Positions 53,262 through 60,515 of a stretch of DNA of 64,000 nt are shown here, piece after piece. The notes under the pieces were generated by a model. The model was given only the letters and a program-made list of their open reading frames with translations. It ran no database searches and was not told the origin of the DNA. The DNA is from Chthoniobacterales bacterium (GTDB lineage Bacteria; Verrucomicrobiota; Verrucomicrobiia; Chthoniobacterales; Chthoniobacteraceae): NCBI GenBank assembly GCA_038207335.1, contig JBBQZX010000003.1, positions 217,019 to 281,018 on the forward strand, written 5' to 3'. A program made the translations under genes and the position numbers. Position 1 is the first letter of the stretch. The number at the start of each line of letters is the position of its first letter.

Positions 53262-53957
53262 TCAGCGTAAATCCCCACGGTGCGCGTTCGAAGCTGGGCT
53301 GCTCTGAGACGGCTTGCTTCGAGTAGCCCTCTTCCGGCTCGCGAACTTTTGACCACAAAGGATATCGCGCAACTCCGCGCGGATGTGAATCCCTTGTGTG
53401 TCTGCAGCGCGCAGAATCTTTTTGCCCAAGGCCAGTTTCGCCCGTGACTTCCGCTTGTACATCCTTTGTGAAGAATTTTTGTCGCGCCCAACTTCGGGAA
53501 AGATCGCGTCTGCTTCGGGATCACGCAGGAGCATTTCACGCTCCTCCGCCGTCATCGTGCCAAAGACCTGATGGAGCCAATCTAGGCCAGCAGGCCGCAC
53601 GGAAGCGGCTCGGTCATCTGATCTCTGCGCCCAGTCGACGTCCTGCCGCCGCCGAGACCATCCGGTCCCACCGAAAAACCCCGCGACTCGGCTCTTGATC
53701 GACTTGTTGACGTAACGTTCCAAGCCAGCATCGCTCGTGCTCTCGACCACCACCGCCTTTGACGCGCTCCAAAGGCTCCACAAAAGGCGGTTGGTTAGTT
53801 CATCTACATCGGCGTCGTGAGCCCGCCGACTGATGGATTTCGCAAACCGCTGAGCGATGAATCGACGCAGCGCCCGCCACTGCGAATTCGAGAAGGTGCG
53901 AAGGTCGGCCAACGCGTGATTTTTAAAGGAATTTAGTTTCAGTTTCGATCCCGCCAA
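53262..53957 (-). CDS. divergent ECF sigma-factor-like protein
   Basis: Region-2-like DVDELTNRLLWSLW...LERYVNKSIKSRV; region-4-like LHQVFGTMTAEEREMLL...YKRKSRAKLAL; TTG start. Confidence 0.5.
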   Translation of the reverse strand: MAGSKLKLNSFKNHALADLRTFSNSQWRALRRFIAQRFAKSISRRAHDADVDELTNRLLWSLWSASKAVVVESTSDAGLERYVNKSIKSRVAGFFGGTGWSRRRQDVDWAQRSDDRAASVRPAGLDWLHQVFGTMTAEEREMLLRDPEADAIFPEVGRDKNSSQRMYKRKSRAKLALGKKILRAADTQGIHIRAELRDILCGQKFASRKRATRSKPSQSSPASNAHRGDLR

Positions 53958-54286
53958 CTAGCTCTTTTTCCAACCGCAGACGCCCGGAATGAGCCTCTGA
54001 TAGACGGGGAAGTCGGAGCTAGTTGGCTAAAGACCTCGGAACTTAAAACGAAGGGGTATCAGCGCATTCACGAGGGGAGCGTAGCGATCATTCGAAGTCA
54101 GTCAACCTGCACTGTTCTCGAGTCGAAAACTATTTTTGGTCAGAAAAGCTGCGGAGCAGCGTTAGCGTAAGAAAAATTGTGAAGTGACATTTTGTATGTC
54201 CAAAAACCGGAGGCGTCCGTGTCTCACTCTTTGAACGGCGACGCACTTCTGCAATCGCCGCGCAAAAACACAAACCAAAACCAAAC

Positions 54287-54661
54287 ATGATCAGAACACA
54301 TGACCCAGTCAAACAACTCATGGCTTACCTCCTAGAGTTGCAACGGAAATACCACCCTGCGAAGTCCTACGTTGAGCAGCTCGACAAGGAAATGGCCATT
54401 CTCCGCGTCAAGCCGACGGATGTCATTGATCCGTTGAAGCTGCCCATCGACGAAGCCCTCATCCAGAAAGTCGACGACGCACTTGAAGGCGGCGGCAAGA
54501 ACGTCAAGACGCTCCAGCGGGCGCTCAATGTTTTTGATTACGCTGACATGACGCGGATCCGAAAGGCGTTGGCTGCAGCGGGAGTGACGAAGGAAACTGA
54601 AAACTACCAAGGCACCAACGCTACGTTCATCCAGTTGATCGTGGAGGATGGTCAGAAGTGA
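54287..54661 (+). CDS. hypothetical protein
   Basis: 124-aa ORF after an A-rich leader; divergent from the sigma-like gene. Confidence 0.7.
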   Translation: MIRTHDPVKQLMAYLLELQRKYHPAKSYVEQLDKEMAILRVKPTDVIDPLKLPIDEALIQKVDDALEGGGKNVKTLQRALNVFDYADMTRIRKALAAAGVTKETENYQGTNATFIQLIVEDGQK

Positions 54662-54725
54662 ATAAGGCACTTTCCCCTCACCACTGCGCGCGTTCGATGA
54701 TTTTGATTTCAAGCCCTCCGGTGTC

Positions 54726-54983
54726 ATGCGGATCGTTAAGCCGCTGGAGGCTACGATCGCGAACCTCAGCCTTGTCAACGTTGCGGACGACGGTCAGCTC
54801 TTTGCCTTACTCAGCCCATACGGCGACGAGCCGCATGGTCAAGACAAACTCGCCTACATCCAAATCGCACTTTGCAATGAGGGAGATGCGCGCCTTGCGC
54901 CGTTGCTCAAAGCACTCCTCGTCCGGAAGCTAATAAGATTCCCGCACTCACTAGGCTCAGTTGAGCAATCTCAAATAAAGTAA
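54726..54983 (+). CDS. hypothetical protein
   Basis: 85-aa ORF; frame is open back to 54666, so the start may be earlier. Confidence 0.55.
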   Translation: MRIVKPLEATIANLSLVNVADDGQLFALLSPYGDEPHGQDKLAYIQIALCNEGDARLAPLLKALLVRKLIRFPHSLGSVEQSQIK

Positions 54984-55262
54984 CAACCCACCGAATTTAA
55001 ACCACAGGGTCCAGCCATCCGCAAAGAAGGAAGGCTTTCCCAACATCAATCCTTGCCCGCTTCTTTAGGGAGCGGGGAGTCCGTTCGTTGATTCTCTCTC
55101 GGGAGATCGATCCGGCCGCTCGTTTGAGCGGTCAATTCTGACTCGCGGCCCGCCTGAGCGCACATTGAGTGCGTTCGGCGCGGAATTATTAAGTCAACTC
55201 CGGGCAGTCTAAGGACCGCCGCCACCATCGTGCTGCCCGGAGTTGGCCAGTTTTCAAAACCT
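54984..55262 (+). ncRNA. putative DRT2-type RT-associated ncRNA (template plus scaffold)
   Basis: 279-nt gap upstream of the RT with stem-loops at 55007-20, 55029-40, 55056-76, 55090-108, 55114-33, 55151-80 and a 15-bp stem 55193-207/55233-47; ACA motifs at 55043 and 55162; ends approximate. Confidence 0.8.
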
Positions 55263-56561
55263 ATGAATCCAAATCAGTTCACATTCACGCCTCGCTCGTA
55301 TCTGCACTTTGATCCGCCGATTAGCATGCAATGTGCAGAGAACCTCGCAACGGATATTCAGAAAGTCGCTACGCACTCGTTCTATCCCTTCATCAATTAC
55401 GACGATGTCACTCAGAAGATCACAAAAAAGAAAGGAGGTGGGATAGAACTGAAGGATCCGAAAATACGTCCAATCGCGTATGCCAGCCATGGCGACTCCG
55501 CCATCTTCGCGCACTACGGCACATTGATCGGTGTCGAATACGAGCGTGAACTCGATTGTCGGGGGCTCTTGCAGTCGGTGACCGCCTTTCGTAGCCTTGA
55601 TCGGAAACGCAACATCCACTTCGCAAACGAAGTATTCGAGTGCATCCGCAAGTTCAAGGCGTGCTACGCCATCGCCTCGGACGTCCGAGACTTTTTCAAA
55701 CAACTCGATCATACCGTTTTGAAGCAAGCGTGGGCCAAGCTATTCAAGGTCGATCGGCTACCCCTTGACCACTTCAAGGTTTTTCAAGCTGTCACGCGAT
55801 CTTGTCAGGTCGACCGCACTCAGCTCTTCAAAGTGCTCGGGATTGACCCTCGAAACCCGCGTGCTGATGGACGCCGACGCCTTTGCTCACCCATCGAATT
55901 TCGAACACACGTTCGCGCCGCCCGACTATGTGTGGTCAATCGGAGCGGAAAGGGAATCCCGCAGGGCTCACCCATCAGCGCCGTGCTCGCCAACCTCTAC
56001 ATGCTGGAAGTTGACACAGCCTTGCATGCTCTCGTTGCTGAGCATGGGGGGATGTATCGACGCTACTGTGACGACCTCCTCATGGTGTTGCCGACACCGG
56101 AAGCGCGGGCGGAGGTGTTCGCCCTTCTAAAGAAGCTATTGACCGACGTTGGACTCGAAGCGCACCCAGACAAGACGGAACTCATCGATTTCACCGGGCA
56201 AAGCGGAAGGATGGTCGCCTCTCGGCCTCTCAATTACCTTGGCTTCACATTCGACGGCCAACACAAGCGCATTCGGCCTGCGTCGATCGCCCGCTACTTC
56301 AAAAAGATGCGTAGCGGTGTTCGCCGGGCACGAGCGATTCGGTATCGGCACTGCAAAAAATCCGGAGTTTGGCCTCCTCTCAGGCGACGCAAACTGCATC
56401 TGCTCTACTCCTATCTTGGACGGCATAATTTCATTTCTTATGCGCTCGACGCGGCCCGGATCATGAACGATCCCGGCATCAAAAAGCAGATCAAATCCCA
56501 CTGGAAAAAGCTCCAAGCCCTGATCAAAGACGGCGGACGTTCCACAGCGAATCCCGAGTAG
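55263..56561 (+). CDS. drt2: antiviral reverse transcriptase, DRT2 (UG2) type
   Basis: RSYLHFD, HSFYPFI, RPIAYASHGDS N-terminal motifs; DVRDFF, GIPQGSPISAVLANLYM, YRRYCDD, YLGFTFDG; 432 aa with no fused domain. Confidence 0.85.
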   Translation: MNPNQFTFTPRSYLHFDPPISMQCAENLATDIQKVATHSFYPFINYDDVTQKITKKKGGGIELKDPKIRPIAYASHGDSAIFAHYGTLIGVEYERELDCRGLLQSVTAFRSLDRKRNIHFANEVFECIRKFKACYAIASDVRDFFKQLDHTVLKQAWAKLFKVDRLPLDHFKVFQAVTRSCQVDRTQLFKVLGIDPRNPRADGRRRLCSPIEFRTHVRAARLCVVNRSGKGIPQGSPISAVLANLYMLEVDTALHALVAEHGGMYRRYCDDLLMVLPTPEARAEVFALLKKLLTDVGLEAHPDKTELIDFTGQSGRMVASRPLNYLGFTFDGQHKRIRPASIARYFKKMRSGVRRARAIRYRHCKKSGVWPPLRRRKLHLLYSYLGRHNFISYALDAARIMNDPGIKKQIKSHWKKLQALIKDGGRSTANPE

Positions 56562-57527
56562 ATGAACTCCTCCGTTTCAGATTTTGGGGACTCCCGAAGG
56601 GATTCTTGGCTGGAATACCTGTCCACGTTGGATTGGAATCCCGGCTTCCGGGACGCGTCCTCGTGGTCGGCGTTGTTGCGCGCGGGAAGTCTTCGAGTTG
56701 ATCCCGACCTGGCCATCGAGGAGGTCGCGAAGCGCATCACTGCCACTGGCGGCACATTGAATCCAGGGAAGCTCAAACAGCAGCAGCAGCGTGCATTCCA
56801 GCGCGCCTGTAATGACGCGATCGGCCAGCAGGCTCTGGTCAAACCTCAAAAGCTCAAGTTCGATCCCGATAAGCTGAAGAGTGTCGCAGCGAAAGCCCCG
56901 GATGTGGATGTCCAGTGGATTGCTCGTCACTCTCCGATACCGCCCACGGAGGTCACCAGTCGCCAATTTCTCGAACACCTCTACCTTCCAGGAGAGAAGG
57001 TCGTCATCTTCTCGGTGTTCGAGTCTCAGGGGCAGTGCGTGTATGAAGTTGGCGGAGCCTGGCAGCCACCGTTACCCGATGGAGGACCGAATGGCGTTTG
57101 GTTTTTGGCCAATCCTGTCGATGGACAGGAGCACCCCAATCCACGGCTGAACGGGAAACTTTCTCGGCGTAGCGAAGAATCGGTCACTTCTTGGCGGTAT
57201 CTCGTTTTGGAGAACGATGAAGCCCCCGAGGTTGAATGGCTCGCTGCACTGGTGCAACTGCCGCTGCGGATCGCTGCGATCTACACATCCGGCGGCAAGT
57301 CCATCCACGCGCTCGTGCGGATTGATGCCGCAACCAAGGCAGATTGGGACGCAAAATGTAGGGAAATTAAGCCCGTGGTCGTCACTCTCGGAGCAGATGA
57401 GAGCGCGCTGACGGCAGTCAGGCTCTCACGATTGCCGGGAGCGAGACGCGCAGCCAGGCTGCAAGAATTGCTCTATCTCGACCCGGAGCCCACGAGCATT
57501 TCGACTTTTAGGAAGGCGACGCTATGA
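56562..57527 (+). CDS. AEP/RepB-like DNA primase domain protein
   Basis: WRYLVLENDE, IYTSGGKSIHALVRI, LGAD...VRLSRLPG motifs; ATG directly after the RT stop. Confidence 0.75.
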   Translation: MNSSVSDFGDSRRDSWLEYLSTLDWNPGFRDASSWSALLRAGSLRVDPDLAIEEVAKRITATGGTLNPGKLKQQQQRAFQRACNDAIGQQALVKPQKLKFDPDKLKSVAAKAPDVDVQWIARHSPIPPTEVTSRQFLEHLYLPGEKVVIFSVFESQGQCVYEVGGAWQPPLPDGGPNGVWFLANPVDGQEHPNPRLNGKLSRRSEESVTSWRYLVLENDEAPEVEWLAALVQLPLRIAAIYTSGGKSIHALVRIDAATKADWDAKCREIKPVVVTLGADESALTAVRLSRLPGARRAARLQELLYLDPEPTSISTFRKATL

Positions 57528-57765
57528 ATCAAGAAGGCGATGACCTCCGCGAGTTCATCGAGTTTTGATGACGATGACGGTGTCCGGAGAGACGCAAAAT
57601 TCGATGATCGCCCCATCCGAAGCCGAAGAGGATCCGAGGTTGTGTCGGGATCAGGCGATCATGCACGCGCTTCTGGGAACTTTGATTGATGTGTTCGATG
57701 AAGTGGCGATGGAAGAAAGCAGCGACACGAAGTAAAAGCTAAAGTCCGGAGACAAGCAACCAACT

Positions 57766-57802
57766 GCGCCGCTGGCATTCGTGTCAGCGGCGTTTCTTTT
57801 TT
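57766..57802 (+). terminator. intrinsic terminator
   Basis: GCGCCGCTGGCA-TTCG-TGTCAGCGGCGT hairpin followed by TTCTTTTTT. Confidence 0.85.
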
Positions 57803-57873
57803 CCGGGCTTGCTGTTGATATTGGGCGAACAGTTAAATCTTTGTGAAACTGCCTCTTTCTGCTACGATAAGGC

Positions 57874-57902
57874 TTGCAGTTTTCGGCCGTCTGGAGTAAT
57901 AT
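57874..57902 (+). promoter_or_regulatory. putative sigma70 promoter
   Basis: TTGCAG-17 bp-TAATAT, after the terminator and about 90 bp upstream of ORF 57995. Confidence 0.5.
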
Positions 57903-57994
57903 AAAGACTCACTTAAGGACAGTATTTCTCGCCCCACTAGGGAAGAGCCGACTCGGTAACACGGACCGAGATACAGTTCTCCAATATCTTATGA

Positions 57995-59887
57995 ATGTCA
58001 GTAATCAATCGCCCTCTACTCTCTGAGACCCCTGTAAATCCTAGATCCGCCACCGATGATCCGAACGAGTGGCACGTATTTCCGCCTGCTTTAGCAATCG
58101 CGATAGCCAAGGTGCCGTCTCTGACCGCACAAAAAGAACAACCCGATATCGCTGGAGCGATACTTCTCTTCGGGCTCTGGACGTGGCTCCAGAACAATTA
58201 CGATCATCTAAAAATCGATGGCCGTCGCCATTGTGCCCGCAGCCTGAGCGAGCTGGCTAAGGATCACTCATACTTCACCAAGCCGGGGATCGAAAAGATT
58301 CTCAAGCGAATGGAGGCAAAAGGCTTCCTCTACATCCGTCGGGATCGTAAGAAGCTGCACTTCTGGATTTCCGAAGCCGCCACGGATCTGTGCAAAAAGC
58401 GCAAGGGGCGTGTCTGGTTCAGGATTCAGGATGCAGTTCTCTACGGTGAGAAGGAGGCTGTGATCTTGGCGAATTTGAAATGGCAGCAAGGTAACGACCT
58501 GACTTGTGTGAAGGACGACAAAGGAACAGCCTACTACCCTATAGGTCCGGTGAAGTTGAGTCAGCATCTTCCTATGTCCCGTTGGACGATTGGACGTAAG
58601 TTGACAAAGTTGACCAATGAACAGCCTGTTGCCCTAATCGCACATCCGACTGAGGAAAATCATTACACTCGAGTGGTTGCAACTGACACATCTGCATCCC
58701 ATACATCTGCTCGTGCAAAAGTAGAGCCCACCGTAGCAGAAGTAGAGGATGATGTTGCAGAAGGAGACGATTTCCAGAAGGGAGATTGCAAAGAAGATGT
58801 TAATGAAGATGAAAAATGGTTTCAAGCAGAGCGCCTTGACTCGGCTTCGCCGTCGCAAGCCCCTCTACTGAATGCAAACATTCCCAGAGCAATTGATAAT
58901 CTAATAAGATTGTCATTGAGTAAGGCAAAGGCTGGTAAGCTAATAGACTTGCCATCAGACAAGCTAACAAACTCATCCGTTGATCAGCTAGCAAGCTTAC
59001 CGTCGAACAAGCTAACAGGCTCATCAACTGACCGCATAGCAAGCTCATCATCTAACAAGCTAACAAACTTACAGCCTAACAAGCGAACGAGTTCATCAAA
59101 CAACAAGCCAACAGCCTTACCGTCTGACAAGCAAGCAAGCTCATCAGTTGATCAGCTAACAAGCACATCAACTGACAAGCTGACAAGCTCATCATCTGAC
59201 CGCCAAACAAACCTATCATCTGACAAGCTAGCACGCCAATCGACGGACAAGACAACAAGCTCATCAGTTGAAATCGACAAGTTAAACGCAGAAGAGACAA
59301 GTCAAACGATCACCATTGTCTCGGACGATGACGAGATAGAGGTGACACTTCCAAATGATGAATCTGAACGAGAAATGCTTCTGAACAACATCCTCGAAGG
59401 CGAAATGGCATTGGATGTTCAGCTTTGGCAAGACAACATCGATATCCAAACAGAACGAATGGTTGAAGCATTTCAACTTCGCGGATGGAAATGCACAACT
59501 GATGATGCAAAGCGATTTCGACAGCTCTTCTTCGACAACCATCATCTTACGGCTGAACAACTCAATTCAGTAGTGGCAGCTTGTTGGGATCTCCAACACG
59601 GTCGCCGTGGAGGCATCACGCTTACTGATACTTATATCAAAGTGAACGACAGTGCCTGTCTCACTTTTCCAAAACGCGTTCAATCGGCACACTTTTTCCT
59701 CAACCGCTTAGGCGAGATCATCGCTCAGCTTAGTGGCGGCTGGGAATTAGCTGATGTGCATTTTCAGCTCATCGACTTCAGCTACCTCGGTGAAGAACGA
59801 GTCAACAAACTGGTTCGGCTAACCCATGACTGGGACAGTTTCCGACCATCAACAAGACCTCTGGGTCAACCAATCCTAAATCTATGA
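57995..59887 (+). CDS. putative replication-initiator-like protein with winged-helix segments and internal repeats
   Basis: wHTH-like RSLSELAKDHSYFTKPGIEKILKRMEAKGFL and GPVKLSQHLPMSRWTIGRKLTKL; central repeat tracts. Confidence 0.5.
   Translation: MSVINRPLLSETPVNPRSATDDPNEWHVFPPALAIAIAKVPSLTAQKEQPDIAGAILLFGLWTWLQNNYDHLKIDGRRHCARSLSELAKDHSYFTKPGIEKILKRMEAKGFLYIRRDRKKLHFWISEAATDLCKKRKGRVWFRIQDAVLYGEKEAVILANLKWQQGNDLTCVKDDKGTAYYPIGPVKLSQHLPMSRWTIGRKLTKLTNEQPVALIAHPTEENHYTRVVATDTSASHTSARAKVEPTVAEVEDDVAEGDDFQKGDCKEDVNEDEKWFQAERLDSASPSQAPLLNANIPRAIDNLIRLSLSKAKAGKLIDLPSDKLTNSSVDQLASLPSNKLTGSSTDRIASSSSNKLTNLQPNKRTSSSNNKPTALPSDKQASSSVDQLTSTSTDKLTSSSSDRQTNLSSDKLARQSTDKTTSSSVEIDKLNAEETSQTITIVSDDDEIEVTLPNDESEREMLLNNILEGEMALDVQLWQDNIDIQTERMVEAFQLRGWKCTTDDAKRFRQLFFDNHHLTAEQLNSVVAACWDLQHGRRGGITLTDTYIKVNDSACLTFPKRVQSAHFFLNRLGEIIAQLSGGWELADVHFQLIDFSYLGEERVNKLVRLTHDWDSFRPSTRPLGQPILNL
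58715..58770 (+). repeat. three iteron-like direct repeats with 21-bp period
   Basis: GCAAAAGTAGAG (58715), GCAGAAGTAGAG (58736), GCAGAAGGAGAC (58757). Confidence 0.55.
58937..59272 (+). repeat. 14 degenerate tandem 24-bp repeats (8-aa KLTSSSxD unit)
   Basis: Consensus about AAGCTAACAAGCTCATCAnnTGAC at exact 24-bp spacing from 58937. Confidence 0.9.
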
Positions 59888-60300
59888 AAGTTCAACTCAA
59901 CGAACAGTCTCCATCAGCATTCCATGTCCCTGCGGGCATCTATCCAGGTCAGTTCCAATGGGGCAGCCCTGCCAAAAAAGCGTTCTGCAGATTTTGCCCT
60001 CTTGCTAAACAGGTTTCACTCTATTTCTCAGTTCCCGTCAAGGGCTGGGAACAGGACGGGATCGTCGCCACCACCAAGTGCGTCGCAAATCCAAATTGCG
60101 CGAATCATCTCGGGCATTTTCTCACCACCTGGCTCGAGGATCGTTTTGAAGATTATGCCGAGCCCGATGGCAGTTGTGACCTCGATCTCCTCTATCCGAA
60201 ACGCGCAGATCTAATCGTCGAGCATCGTCCTGACCCTCGGTATCCCACGCCCTACTCGAAACTGGTGGTTGCGTTGCCCCCCGGAAGGCTAAGCGAATGA
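59884..60300 (+). CDS. hypothetical Cys-containing protein
   Basis: ATGA-coupled to neighbours; CRFC and CVANPNCANH could bind metal. Confidence 0.65.
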   Translation: MKVQLNEQSPSAFHVPAGIYPGQFQWGSPAKKAFCRFCPLAKQVSLYFSVPVKGWEQDGIVATTKCVANPNCANHLGHFLTTWLEDRFEDYAEPDGSCDLDLLYPKRADLIVEHRPDPRYPTPYSKLVVALPPGRLSE

Positions 60301-60515
60301 GCTACCATCTATTCGATGAAGGTGTCCCTGCCTCCGAAATACAGAAGCAGAAGCGGCAGCAAGTCATTCCACAAACCCCGCACATAGACATTCTCTCACG
60401 ATTCAAGGAATCCGAGCGCAGGTTGAAAATCCTCCGCACCATTGGCACGCACATTGACCACGAACCTACCGAGGAGGAAATGAAAGCATGGCTACAAGCA
60501 ACTCAACGGAAATGA
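60297..60515 (+). CDS. small hypothetical protein
   Basis: ATGA overlaps at both ends. Confidence 0.6.
   Translation: MSYHLFDEGVPASEIQKQKRQQVIPQTPHIDILSRFKESERRLKILRTIGTHIDHEPTEEEMKAWLQATQRK

Noticed and set aside
55043..55164. sigma70 promoter reconstituted across the predicted cDNA junction
   Set aside because: The best antisense pair (TTGATG and CAGAAT) is 22 nt apart, and the sense strand gives no acceptable -10.
55230..55262. GTG start for the RT given in the ORF track
   Set aside because: It lies against and within the 15-bp ncRNA stem; ATG 55263 places YLHFD near the N-terminus as expected.
55263..56561. RT as a retron, group II intron or DGR enzyme
   Set aside because: No retron VTG or NAxxH motifs seen and no a1/a2 repeat enclosing the ncRNA; no maturase domain or intron domain V; no TR/VR pair. 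The N-terminal motifs and YCDD fit DRT2 better.
58937..59272. CRISPR array
   Set aside because: Repeats are contiguous, degenerate and in-frame, with no unique spacers and no cas genes.
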